Assembly: GCA_964016885.1 (NCBI GenBank) | Contig: OZ024743.1 | Coordinates: 111,414,001-111,478,000 of the forward strand | Length of the DNA: 64,000 nt | Direction: 5' to 3' | Source: Eledone cirrhosa | Taxonomy: Eukaryota | In this document: positions 27,951-40,879 of the stretch, piece by piece | How positions within the stretch are numbered: the first letter of the stretch is position 1 | Layout of the letters: the number at the start of each line of letters is the position of its first letter | Notes under the pieces: model-generated | Told to the model about the DNA's origin: nothing | What the model saw: the letters and a program-made list of their open reading frames with translations, nothing else | Database searches by the model: none | Made by a program: the position numbers and the translations under genes

Positions 27951-28515
27951 AGAGTTGAGATGGAGGGTCTGTGGTTTTACTCATATCTGGTTGGTCTTTG
28001 AATGTTATTTGTTTTTTATGGCAACAAGTGGCTGGAAATGCCAGCTTTTTAGAGAAGTAATTAGATTGGTTGATGAATAAGTCTAATACATTCCACGCCA
28101 GTTCGCGTTACAAAGTTCTTCAAACAAAGGGGGGGGGGATCAGGTTGTTTTTTCATATATGAGTGAAGTTTGGTTGGTTGATGCAGTCACGTGAATAATC
28201 ACATCATCTTTCGCGACAGTTTGTGATTTCTTTTTACTTTAAAAAAAATGGTTCACGAAGGCTTTTTCTTTAAAAATGTAATTTGATTGGTTATAAATGA
28301 AATTATGACTTTCCCGTGAACAAGTTCATTAATTTTCGCGCCCGTATTTGGGAAGTTATGTTGTAGCCTTTTAGAGAATTTTGTGCCAAACAAAAGATAA
28401 TGGTCAAGAGAAATTGTTCGGCTTCAGTGAATATGGGGCTGGTTCGCTGGGGTTTCAGAGTTCACACTTCCTATTGAAATAAAGAAAGTAGAGATATGTA
28501 TGTTTATTCGTGTGC

Positions 28516-28549
<34 letters not shown>

Positions 28550-29077
28550 GTGTATTTGTGTGTGTGTGTGTATGCGTGCGTGTGTGTGTAGGAAGATGAT
28601 TATTTGAAATGGGTCGGGAGTTGTGTGTGTGTGTGTATGTGTGTGTGGGACTATGGTTAGCATGTTCAGATGGAGAGAATATATATAAATTGTGTGTGTG
28701 TGTAGGAAAGTGATTCCATTAGTAGAAATGGGGGAGGCAGTGGTATGTGGGGGGGGGGGGGGGTGATGTGTGTGTGTTTGGGTGTTATGTGTGTGGGTGT
28801 GTTTGTGTGTGTGTGAGTATGGTTAGCATGTTAAGATGGAAAGATTATATATATATGTTTGTGTGTGTGTGTGTAGGAAAATGATTCAGTTTGTAGAAAT
28901 GGGGGAGGGAGTTATGTGTGTTGTGGGGAGGGGGTTTAGCATGTTAATGTGTTAGAGTATTAACGTATGTTAAGGTTTATTTATTTCTGGGTTTATTTTC
29001 TAAAGTAAGTGTTATGTGTGTGTGAATGTATGGTCTGTTTGGATAGTTAGCATGTCATGGAGTTGAAATAATGTATA

Positions 29078-32000
29078 TTAAACTATATTTAATGCTGGTC
29101 TATATTTTTGAATAAACATATTTTCCTTTTTTATTCGTATTTGTTCTGTCGTATTGTCAGCGCAAAGGTAAAATGGGAAGACTTGGAATTTGGTTGTCTC
29201 ATTACTTGCGCAAATGTCTAGATATGCACTTAGTGGTATCTGTCTCGTGGTTGGATCACGTAATTGTTGGCGATGAACTGTCATTCTGTTTCTGAGTGTG
29301 AGTTTAGTTTGTCCTATATAATCTTCATTGAATCCTTTACATTTAATGGCATAAAGTAGATTTTTTGTTGAGCAAGTGAAGTGATTTTTTACAGCAAAAT
29401 GTTGTCCTGATTGAAATGTATACGTGTTGCCTTCAATGCGGTGAGTGCAGGTTCCCCAATTAGAGCGACCACATTTTTTGACAGTTGGTTGTGGGTTTGT
29501 GGTAGGTAATTTGGCATTGGTGAGTAATGTTTGTAGTGATTTCGGTTGTATTTTGCTTTTGATTATTTTGTGTGTTTCAAGGGCTTTTTTCATTCTTGGG
29601 TCTTGTTTCAATAGTTCTTGTGAATAGTGTTGTAAGCTTCCGAATTTCTTAGGTAGTCTGTTGAGATATATGATAAAATATTTGACGTATCTTTAATTTA
29701 TTTCTGTTTAAGTAATTCATCAATGCCTTTTGCTTTAGCCCTTTCTATTCCATTATTTATTGGTAATGGTGGGTACTGTCTTTCGAGTAGAATTTCATTT
29801 AATTCTTGAAGTCTTTTATTTCGCGTTTCATAATTGGGGACAATTGTGCAAATCCATTTTGCTAGGCTAAAAGGAATGTTCGTCTTCGTGTGCTTTGGAT
29901 GGTTGGATTGGAATAGCAGGTATTGTTTTGAATCTGTTGGTTTGTAGTGTATGTCAGTTTCAATATTTGTGTCTTTTTTAAGATTAAGATGTCCAGAAAT
30001 GGGAGTTGATCTTGGCTGTATTCCATTGTGAATTGGATGTGGTTATTGATGCCGTTAATTAAATATTTGAAATCATTTAGTTGGTCGAGTGTGTGGGACC
30101 AAAGATTGAGACAATCATCCAAGTAGCGTTTCCAATTCTTTGATAAATATTTGTGGAAATTGAATCCGTATGTTGATTTGGACTGTTCATATATCTGGAC
30201 TTCCAAGCATGCCATGACTAAGTTGGCATAAGTTGGAGCGGCTATTGTACCCATCGCAATCCCCGATAGTTGCTTCTATGTACTGCCATCGAACTCAGAA
30301 AAGTTGTTCTGTAAAATAAATTTTAATCCCTCGATGATGAAGCTTTTTTCTATTCTGCCAGGTATCTCATTGGGATATTTCTCTAGCTTAGAATCCTATT
30401 GCTTCTAGTCCGTATTGGTGTGGGATCGTTGTGTAGAGATTCACTACCTCGAACGACACAATAAGAGAGTCGTTGATGACATGTTTGGGGAGGTGGCTTA
30501 AGAGTTCCAGATCGTCTCTTACAAGGCTTGGTATGTGTTTGAGAATTGGCTTTAGTAGTATGTTTATTAAGTTGCTTTTTCTGTTTATTTCACATTGTGG
30601 GCCCGCTACAATTGGTCTTAATTTAAGGTATGTGTGGTATTGTGTGTTCACGCAGGCTAAGGTGGATTGTTTACAGGCATCGTTAATTATGTTACAATTT
30701 TGTATCTTCGGAAGTCCGTAAAGGTTGCTGGTTTTGTATTTAAAATGTGTTAAATAATCGCGTTCCTTTTTAGTTACGTCTTCCTATTATCGACAAATTA
30801 ATGTGTTTAATCTGGTCATCATTTCAGATTGCTGGTAGTGTTTTACTCTTTCATAGTAGTTATTATTTTGTAAGAGAGAGAACATAGAATGTTTATATTG
30901 TTCAGCATCCAATAATGACGACAGTACTTCCCTTGTCCGCTTCCTTAATTATAATATCCGTATTGTTTTTTAGTTTATGGATAATCTCCCATTCCCTTCG
31001 ACTCGTGTTGGGTTTGGTTTTAGGTTGCGTCAGTTCATGGTATGGGAAAGTTGCTATGTGGTCACAAAATTTGTCCAGAACTCTGTTTCTACATTTTGTC
31101 GTTATTCTCCTTGTCAATAAATTCCTCTGTGAGATGCAATTTTCTACAGAAGTGTGAGATATCGTCATTTATCTCATTGAGGTTAGAGAATTGTCGTGTT
31201 GGTGTGAATTTCAGTCCTTTGAGGAGAATGATAATGTGTTAGGCTCAGAAGTTTGTATTTGAAAGGTTGATTATTTTCGGCTTTTCAAAATCAGTTTGTG
31301 CCACCGGGTGTCGTGGGTCCTGTAGCCTTGGTCTAAAAAATGATTTTTCTGATTTGGTTTTTCATGGGTATTATTATATCTAATGGCATTCCCCCTGTTG
31401 TTGTGTGGTCTTGCATAGAAGTTTCGGACGTATGGAGGTTCGGTTTGTTGATAGTCCGGGTTGTAGATTTTGATCCTTTGTGTGGGTTGATATCTACGAT
31501 TTTGGAACAGGTTCTGTGTGGGTTGGGGTCTACGGTTGAACCTTTGTGTGGGTTGAGATCTACGATTTGGGAATAGGTTTTGTGTGGGTTGTGATCTGCG
31601 GATCGGGTCCTGTCTTGTACTGGGCGACCTTCGGTTTTTGTTAGTAGGGTTATAGTTTCCTCTATGGGTTCTGAGATTATCGGCATAGTTTTGCTGGGGA
31701 TATGTTGGACGTTTTGTTACTTTTTCGTTATTTGTTGTGCATGTGTTGTGTGAGTTTTACTTTGTTTTAAAAATGGGTTACCTGTATGGTGTTCATTTTT
31801 TGAAATTAATTTCGTGGTTGTTGAACCAGGTGGCGTTTTTTCCCATCGCTGGAGGGAAGTTAGTTCGTCATCCTCACAATTTTCTTTCCAAAGTTTTAAG
31901 GTTTCGTCATAGAGTAGGCATTCGGAGTGCCTTGGGAATTTTGTTTCAATCTGTTGGGCGAATGACTTAAATTTTTCTTCGTTTCTTGAATTTTTCTAAC

Positions 32001-32565
32001 GCCATCTTTTCCCTAAGTTGTTATTGGTTTTCTGGTTCATTTGGAGTTTATTTGGAGTTTATTTGGTTTTTATTTGATTTCCAGCATAGTTACGTCCCTT
32101 TACGATCTGAGTTCAAATCCCGCCGAGCTTGACTTTGCCTTTCATCCTTACGGGGTCGAAAAAATAAAGTACCAGTAATGCACTGGGAAATTGCTGGCCT
32201 TGTGCCTAAAGTAGAAATAATTATTTTTTAGGAGATTCCAAAAGGCGAATATGCGGGCTGTGAGCTTTTGAATCCATATATTGATTAGGGTGTTTTTCAC
32301 TTAGTGGACATCTCGTAGATTAGGCTCTAATGGTTGTTTCAGCTTTTTGGAGTATTGCTGTTTCAGTGGTTTCGATTAGTTTAGTTAATGCTGGAATAAT
32401 ATTCATCTCTTGGGTATTCTCTGTTTCTTCGTGGGGTCCGTTTTTATAGTTAGGTATTTGGTCCACTTTGTTGGTCAAAATTGAAAGTTGAGTGAAAAAT
32501 TCTTTGAGTTCATTTAAGATGTTCTGGTTCAGTGAGTTGTCGTTTTGTTGAGACTTTGGTGGCAT
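29078..32565 (-). pseudogene. PLE RT + GIY-YIG polyprotein, frameshifted and interrupted by a SINE
   Basis: IKEADKGSTVV, LRPIVAGP, VVNLYTTIPH, MGTIAAPTYANL, RYLDD, LPFLDILI, KCGRSN.GTC, FTCSTKNLLYAIKC..YIGQT..RMTVH. Confidence 0.93.
32078..32223 (+). mobile_element. 5'-truncated tRNA-SINE inserted into the Neptune-like ORF
   Basis: SINE B box and core; absent at the homologous site of the second copy (~47580-47650). Confidence 0.9.
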
Positions 32566-32729
32566 TTTCGGTCTTCATGTGGTGGGTATGTATTAGAAAG
32601 TGTGGTTTTCTTTACAAAATGAAAAATAACCGAGGTGTGCTACACGAGTGAAAGTATGAGGAAAAAAAGAAGAAATCGAAAATGCAACTGGAGTCTGTTT
32701 TTTTTAAATATATATATTTATTTGGTTCC

Positions 32730-32765
32730 TTTACCGGTTTCGCAGTTCTTCTGCTTTTCAAAAGT
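32730..32765 (-). ncRNA. Minimal hammerhead, U3-A8 core variant
   Basis: Minus strand: ctt-TTGAAAA-gcag(aagaa)ctgc-GAAAC-cg-GTA-aag; palindromic ACCGGT. Confidence 0.72.
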
Positions 32766-32830
32766 AGAGTTGAGATGGAGGGTCTGTGGTTTTTCTCATA
32801 TCTGGTTGGTCTTTCGATTTCATCATTTTG

Positions 32831-32872
<42 letters not shown>

Positions 32873-34772
32873 GGGAGAGATACAGAGAGAGAAGGAGCGA
32901 GATCTATCTAGGTAGATACGTAGATACATAAATAAATAGTTAGACTGTTCACGTAGATAGATGTATATGTATTTATATATCTAAATATCTATGTATCTAT
33001 TATATGCACATGAGTTTCTGCCTCCAAATACTAAACAATCTTTGATTTACGTTCTTGTTTCAATATTTCAGGATAATTACAGTCTTATGTGGCTAGCTAT
33101 CAAAAGCATTCATATTGTGAAACGAAATCTTATATCAGGTTAGGTATAGTATCTAAACAAATAACTTTCCAACACCAATGTAAAATGTTATATCCCGCCA
33201 TCGCTGAATCTCTCACAAGACGTCTACAAGAAAATCCTGACCCTACCAGCAGGAATAGATATGGGAATATTACTTAAAGCAATGACAGTTATTTTAGAAG
33301 GTAAAGAATCACACGTGCACAACAAGGGATCAAGAATTCTAACCACAATCATAAACATTGACTTCCGCCTAAATAATATCTACCACAATAATAACATCCC
33401 AACTATCAACAAAATCAACAATAGCACAGACATACAGCTGCAACAGCAGCTTTAGAAACACAGAATAAACGAAATAAGATGGCGGAGAAATGAAATTAGA
33501 TACAATAGCAAAACAAGTGTAGTAGCGAGAAAAACAAAACATTTTACGCTAGATATTTTATATGGATTCCGAATTATTCACACGTAAACTGCTCAGTATT
33601 ACAAGGGACATGATATTTTCTATTTTTTCTTCTTTTTTTTATATTTCTTGTGCCTATAACCATATACTCAACACGAATTTACCTCAGGCTAATATTTTGT
33701 AAAGAATGTAAAATAAACGGTGAAAAAAATAATTGTTTATTATCCTGCTAAATTACTCTAAGTGAAAATAAATGCAGAAAAAAAGACAAATAGCTATCAA
33801 TTTTTATAAATCATGTAGTCAACAAAATTATTCAACCTATGTTACAGAAAGAAACTTTCTTGATTTTTATTGTGTGTTGTAATTCATCATTAAACGAAGA
33901 GAAAACTCACACAATTTGAAAACAATATAATCCTCATGATTCTTGCGAAAAAGGAAAAGAAATGTAGATAAGGTGAGATGTGACTAAACTATGACTCCTA
34001 ATTAATTTGGGTTGAATTGTGCAATTTTTATTAAATTCGAAAACAAAAATGACATCCCATTGTAAATGCTTTGCTCTACGTCCATACTAATATCATTCAA
34101 TATAAATGTCATTCTACGTCACATTATACTGACAAAAGCTACGCATACACATACACATAGACATAAATGTACCTATGTATATATGATGTACAAGTGTTTG
34201 TATGCTAATACGCATGTATATGTATGTATCAACTGAGGAGATGAGACCACTGTCTGTATATGTTCATCTTCCTATCTTCCTATGTTTTTAGCTACGGGAG
34301 ACTCTCTATTTTCAAATTGATGCTTTATCTAACACTTCCACCTTTGTCTATATTTCTTCTCTCTCACTCTCTCTCTCGCTCTCTCTCTCTCTTTCTCTCT
34401 CTCTCTTTCTCTTTCTCTCCCACTCTCGCTCACTCTCTCTCTCTCTCTATGTAAATAGTCGTTGAGACTAACGTCTTGTCCTTGCCCATTTGTTACTGTG
34501 TCTACTGCACTAGAACCAGTTCTATTGACCTTAAAGCATCGAAACAACGTATCCCTAGCGGTTAGCCGTTTAGATGGAACTACTCCCTTTATTCGTTCAT
34601 TTTTCTGTCTTCGCCTATATGATGTATACAATATGTTGTGTATATATTTCTTCAGAATGAAACGGTTCTAGTCCTGTAGAAGCCATTTCTATATTAAATA
34701 TGTATACTCTGCTATGTATTGAGCACCTTACTTACTGTGGTTACCCCCGATTGAAACCGGGATAAACATATA

Positions 34773-34851
<79 letters not shown>

Positions 34852-34859
34852 CATATATA

Positions 34860-35056
34860 TAACGAAGGAGTTGTGGTAAGGAACGAGATGGACCATAACG
34901 CACCAGAGTACTCAATACTTAGGGTAGTAAAGTGGTTACTAGGAAAATGTATGACCCCGACGGCAGAGCTAAAGCCATTTCGACGGATATTTCTGGACTC
35001 CAGAAATAGGCGTCGTAACGGCTTGAGGTCTGCCGTCGGGGTCATGCATGTTCCTA
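34860..35056 (-). mobile_element. GC-rich hairpin mini-element (palindrome 34940-35056 plus tail), copy 1
   Basis: ~115-bp palindrome; homologous copies at 53205, 53465 and 58333; in (TA)n. Confidence 0.85.
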
Positions 35057-35074
35057 TATATATATATATATATA

Positions 35075-35611
35075 TCAAAGGTATATATTGAGTTAGAAAC
35101 TCAAAGTAGTCTCTTACAATTAAATAGCTCAAAGAAAGAGGTTTTTCTGAGCCGTGTAATATAATTGAATATAAAAGGGAGATAAACACAGATATAAACA
35201 TATAAGTCGGCCCCTTCAATTTTGTTGAGCTAATTTAAATGTCGTGTAAACTTGGCTGCTATTTTTAGTAGTGTACGCTAGACTCTGATGCCATGTGCGT
35301 TATTAATATTCGCACACTATTCAGTCTTCTGAGATAGTTAGAAGTGAAGGGTTTACAAATGTTAAACCCACTGATGAGCAAAGTATTGGTAATTCACTTC
35401 GCTAAAATTGCGAAACAGCCTACCAAAAGCTGTCTGGGTGTCTGGCAGTTGCCCAATATCAGTTTGTATTTCTTTTCTTGATTTATTATTTTAAATTGAG
35501 TGCAGGAAAACCCTATTGTTAATTGTTAGTATTTTTTTCACCCTAGTGAATCTGGTCCCTTACGATTTGAACACATATGTTGATATCTGTGTTTATCTCT
35601 CTTTTATATTC

Positions 35612-35620
<9 letters not shown>
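35075..35620 (-). mobile_element. Miniature PLE-derived element: tail 35075-35157, short arm 35158-35205, long inverted arm ending ~35620
   Basis: 35158-35205 is an inverted copy of ~35575-35620; contains a canonical hammerhead; flanked by (TA)n. Confidence 0.7.
35366..35439 (+). ncRNA. Canonical type-I hammerhead ribozyme
   Basis: accca-CTGATGA-gcaa...ttgc-GAAAC-agc(ctaccaaaa)gct-GTC-tgggt; all three stems pair, GUC cleavage triplet. Confidence 0.9.
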
Positions 35621-35650
<30 letters not shown>

Positions 35651-35723
35651 CACACATTACTTTATCGTTCTATAACCTGTTCCAGTCGATATACTGACGC
35701 TATAATGAGGAACCGCCATTCAG

Positions 35724-35815
35724 AAATATATAGAATGTTTCACGAATTTGAGTGTCATCCTTGCGCACGGACCATTGCAATTTTCACTGTATCGTTCCAA
35801 TTCTAGTATATGTAC
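35724..35815 (-). pseudogene. U6: U6 snRNA pseudogene
   Basis: Reverse complement GTACATATACTAGAATTGGAACGATACAGTGAAAATTGCAATGGTCCGTGCGCAAGGATGACACTCAAATTCGTGAAAC matches U6; ACAGAGA box mutated and 5' stem lost. Confidence 0.9.
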
Positions 35816-36779
35816 AATAGAACATCGGTTCACGATGTGACTCGAATTACGTTCTGCAGGCAAGCAACATCGATGGATTATCGGGGGAAACGCGTGTAGT
35901 TAGTTATTATAGTGTTATCAATCTGTCTTTCACACAGAGTCTCCTCCTCCTCCTTCTTCTTCTTCTTCTTCTTCTTCTTCTTCTTCTTCTTCTTCTTCTT
36001 CTTCTTCTTTGTCACCCATTATTACAGTAGTTTACTGCTATTGGTCTGGGTTTGTTTATTTGCTCGACAGTTGCTTGCTTATATCGCAACCAGCCATCAT
36101 ACTTGATGTCCGTATCGCTATCCGCCACCTCTAGCAGAACAGCTCTGCCGAGAAGTCTCGCTTTCAATGCATTTCTCTCGCAACATTCTGTATGTGAAAA
36201 ATAGCTTTGTTTTTCGTTCATTTCGTTTGATGCACGGGCTTCAGGAACGAATTAAATTTGTGCATATGTGAAATTAGTCATTAGCATACAGGATCATATA
36301 TGAATATTTATGATTATACTAGAATGTTTGTGTGCTTATTGAATTTTGTTTTCATTTTTTAGATTTAGATATTTTTAGACCGTCTTATTTTCCTCCATTT
36401 CTTTGTAGTTTTCCTTCTTCGATTTCATTCACAGTGAAAACAGGAAAAGGAAAATGATTTGTGAAAATATGCTTCGGGAAATTCTGGTAATATGAGGGTC
36501 TTCTTTAATAATTTCTTTGGGTTCCAAATCTGCTACGCCTGTAAAATCTATTGACTTGAGGCCAAAATTCTCTCCATGCCATCTTCAAACACTATTTCCT
36601 GTGTTAATATTGCTCCTTAGAAAGCAGTGCGTGTTTTACAAATCAAATATTTTCTCATCTAATATTTGTTTTGTACGAGTTATGATATTTTTTCCGGTGT
36701 AATTTTTATATGAATTTGAATTGTTTTACAATTATTATTTTATTCTGGTTTACATTATAAAGAACACTAGCAGAAAAAC

Positions 36780-37510
36780 CGCCTGCCGGCCGATTTTCTA
36801 CCGGCATATGTAGTGTGCATATTGGTATTATACGCAAATATAAATGCGTATAGATATATATTAATTGAAAAGTAAATTGACAATATCTCTCTTTTCTTCG
36901 CCTACTTATTTCTGAGAGGGTCGTGGGGGCAGAGTCCTTCTCGAACACGCCTTCTAACTTATCCAGCTGGATCTCAAAGCGTAACCTGCCAAGCTCATGG
37001 ATGTTATCCAACTATCTTGTTCAGGATCTACCTCTGGGTCTCTTGACGGTTGGTTTTGCCTGTAAAATCTGTCCATCAATTCTTTCCTGAGACATTCTAA
37101 CCCCATGCCGATAGTATCGGAGCTATGATCTCTCAATTCGGAGAAGTAGCGCCTCTAAAAGTAGTGACTATCTGATCTCCGAGCTATGCACTTTATCGAG
37201 TAACGTAACACCAAAGACTCATTCCTGCCGCTAGTATTTTCAATAGTATTATTTCGGTAATTACACAAGATTCATGACCCTCGGTAAGGGTTAGCAGGAA
37301 TACCAGGAAGACAGTGAGTTTGACTTTACACCTACCTCCCTTCTTCTGATTACTGAATGGTGAAGCTGACACATTACTGCATCAGCTTTTGCAATCATTG
37401 AACTTAATTCAGCCTCCTGCAGTACATCAAGCATGAACACGGCACCGAGATACTTGAACTTCTCTACCTGCTTCAGTAGAACTCCTTTAACATGTATATA
37501 AATTTAATGG
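36780..37510 (-). pseudogene. Decayed RTE-type LINE 3' fragment
   Basis: VKGVLLKQVEKFKYLGAVF on the minus strand; homologous to 44300-45040. Confidence 0.7.
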
Positions 37511-38605
37511 ACTTCGGTCCATCGATCCTTCACACAATGTATGCGTGCGTTTGTGTGAATGTATGTGTGTGTAAAAGTAAGGAAGGGGATATACACATAT
37601 ATGTATTTAACTTTAAAACGAAGACACAAATACACACGTCGCTAATGTAAGGACGCCAACAAACTTACGCGCGCGCACATACACACACTGTCCTATACCA
37701 CTTAAGAGCTATTGCCCGGGCAAACACCTCCCTCAATTTTAGAACACTCTGGCTTGTCCAGAATTGATGGGAAAAGATTTGAGGGTCTTACCCTGTGCCC
37801 GTGGTCATGAGACAGGTGTCTTATCTGGGACGTCACAGTTAGTGACTCTTTTGCTTTTTCTCACATCCTGGATGCAGCGATAAGGGCGAAAGCTACAACA
37901 TCCACATTTGAACGAAACACAATCCTAAAATACCGTGTTCTTCTCGGCTAACTTCTTTTCCAGCCTGTGGCGTTCGAGGCATTTCGGGAGTGGCGATACT
38001 GATAGCGAAGTTCTTATCTTCATTGGTTGCTCACCTAACCGAAGTAAGTGGTGATGCTCGTTGGGGCGCTTAATTGTTGCAGCATCTCAGCTTGGCCATC
38101 CCTCAAGTTAACGCTGCAAGCGTGCTGGCTTGCATTAAATATTATTAGAGAGGTTTCCTAGCGCTCGTCGCGATTATCTTTTTTATCTAGTAGAGCCTGT
38201 TTCTACACCCCTGTCACCTTGTTTTATGTGGTCATAGATGTGTGTATTACCTGCTTTTGGGTTGTATGTGGTACTAGATGTGTGTAGTAGGTGCTTTTGT
38301 GTTCTATGTGGTCCTAGATTCGTGTATTGCCTGCTTTCGTGTTGTATGTGATCCTAGATGTGCATTTCCAAATGTATCTAAAGCTGCTATCATGCTGTGT
38401 GTGTGTATATATATATATATGTGTGTTAATATGTATATGTGTGTGTGTTTGTGTAAATGAATATGTCAATGTATGTATGTGTATTTTTGTAAGTGTCTGT
38501 GTCTGTACGATTATAGTATTCATACGTATAAATGTACGTGTATGCACATACACACACATACGTGTGAGCGTGTTGATAAAAATTCAAATCTCTTCATATT
38601 TCTCA

Positions 38606-38665
<60 letters not shown>

Positions 38666-38687
38666 ATATAAAAAATGCACCCCCCCC

Positions 38688-38743
<56 letters not shown>

Positions 38744-39089
38744 TAATTAGTAATAAGTGTAAAGACTAAAATCCCAAAAGGGATAAATATATATCAAATA
38801 TATAAGACCCATAGAGCAAACATTTATTAAAATCACAGATTGAATTTTAAGCAAAGAATAGGTGCTTTCACCCATAACGGGGATTTTCTGAGTTTCAGAA
38901 CAATACCTATATATATATATATATATATATGAAGAATAATGCGAAGAAATACCTATGATGGCTAGTATACCACTGATGTTGGATAGTCCTGGCTTCCATT
39001 TCTAATTCTTCATTTAATTTGTATATCTCATCTGCACAACACAGCACGCCATTTTTCATTCTTATATATATATATATGTATATATAATA

Positions 39090-39300
39090 TCACCAGCAGC
39101 AACCATTTAACATACATATTTCCCTGCTAGCATGGTTTGGATGGGTCGTTCCATTATGCCATTGTGAAATAAGTCAGATCAGATGACTCTGTCCTGATCA
39201 AACAGGACCATTTCTGGCTTGATTTCTATGGCTAGATGCCCTTCTTAATGTCAACCACATTTGCAGTGTGGACTGACAGCTTTTTGCCAAGTCACCAACA
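39090..39300. mobile_element. Degenerate interspersed repeat (SINE/LINE-end-like)
   Basis: ttctatggctagatgcccttcttaatgtcaaccac-type motif recalled as a common cephalopod repeat; no second copy here. Confidence 0.35.
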
Positions 39301-39727
39301 CCACACATAAATATATGTGTGTATGTGAATGAGTTGGTAACCCATTTAACCCACGCATGCATGGCAAATGGGAGTTAAACAGTGATGACATTGATGATAT
39401 GTATACACTAATTATAAGTCAAACCTTTTTTCCACTGGTGTAATGAACATGGTCAACTTTCCTGATGAACATATCAAATTGATGTCAGCTGGAAATTATT
39501 TTATTTTGCAAGGGCAGTGTATTGGCAGTATCAATAGGGCATTGGACAACATGCTTTGCAGCATATAGCATCCAAATCCTGCCAAGGTTAGCTATACGGA
39601 AGTGGTAAAATTTCAAATTTTAAAAGAAGTGAATCTTGAAATAAGCAATACAATTATTTATGTTTAATCAAGAGTTACGAAATTTAGTACATAAAGTAAA
39701 TAATATTCATTCATTATTTATTCACAG

Positions 39728-39917
39728 TGCGGGGGATTGGCAGTATCAGTAGAGAGTCGGACGCCATGCTTTCTAGCATAGTGACGTCCCTTTACTGTCT
39801 GAGTTCAAATCCCGCCGAGGTTCACTTTGCCTTTCATCGTTACGAAGTCGATAAAATGAAGAACCAGTAATGCTCTGGGGTAATTGCTGGAATTGTGCCA
39901 AAAGTAGAAACAATTAT
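39728..39917 (+). mobile_element. tRNA-derived SINE
   Basis: A/B box, core and end. Confidence 0.88.
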
Positions 39918-40053
39918 TTATTCAAAGTAATCCAACTTATTTTACTAACGGGATACACAAATATACACGGTGTACAGCCCCGCACTCCTGCCTTTATTAT
40001 AGCAAGATTTTTGTTCTCATCATCGTCGTTCTTAATAACGATGTTATTTATAG

Positions 40054-40248
40054 AGCGTCGGTGAATATTCTTCAATATATAGTGTTCCGGCCCTTTACGT
40101 TCTGAGTTCAAATTCAGCCGAGTTTAGCTTTGCTTTTCATCATTACGTGGTCGATAAATAAAGAACCAGTAATGCACTGGTGTCCATTTAATCGAATTTC
40201 TCTTCTCCAAAAATTGCTGGCCTTGTACCTAAATTAGAAATAATTATT
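40054..40248 (+). mobile_element. tRNA-derived SINE (diverged)
   Basis: gagttcaaattc...ttttcatcattacgtggtcgataaa...gctggccttgtacctaaattagaaa. Confidence 0.82.
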
Positions 40249-40879
40249 ATTATTGTGGTGTATTTATTACTGGTCACACGCTGCTTTTGCCGCCCCTCAA
40301 TATTTAAATTCTAGAGTCCAGAAAAGTTATGTGTTGTAAATAATATTGTTATTTCTTTTAATTTTTTAAAGGATAAAACCAAACAATACCTGAAAGCCTA
40401 CCTAGATGATGTTTGTATTCTGTTCATTCTTGCCTTACATATGAGTCCCTAAATCCAACAAGTGGTAAAAACAACTCTCAGGAGAGTTAGAGAGCAAGAC
40501 TTCAGAGAAAAAACCCTCAAGCAAGTAATTTGGCACTTACATTCTTCCCCTCGAAAAGAATCGGGCACCAGTCATAAAATGAACCGGGCAGCATCCAAGT
40601 CATGAATCTGCTGACATTTAGCCATTCCGATAACGGATACTTGTGTATTTAAGCCGTATGAAGATTTGTTGACAAGAGCTAACTGAAACTCCTCACCGTC
40701 GCCTATGCTTTCAAACTGATATTTGAACGCTTTCTGGAGTTTGAAAAAGTAACATTTGCTGCTGCTAATATTATAACCCTGAAACCCTCAGGTTTACTGA
40801 CCTTAGTGTGCACTAAATTACAACACGATGCCCACAAAACGTATGGAGATAGTTGTTTTTCCTCTTCGACTAGATCCAG

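Larger units (their letters stand above)
27776..32820 (-). mobile_element. Near full-length decayed Neptune-like Penelope element with direct pLTRs (32593-32820 and 27776-~28000)
   Basis: Direct terminal repeat with hammerheads; RT and GIY-YIG remnants; inserted in (TA)n. Confidence 0.92.

Noticed and set aside
34940-35056. CRISPR repeat, rho-independent terminator or pre-miRNA interpretation of the hairpins
   Set aside because: Eukaryotic context with no repeat-spacer array; dispersed copies with tails fit mobile elements better
38855-38900. Possible hammerhead variant on the minus strand (CAGAAAA...GAAAG cac CTA)
   Set aside because: Core and stems too degenerate
39458-39505. CTGATGA...GAAA
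   Set aside because: Stem II does not abut GAAA, and stems I and III do not form
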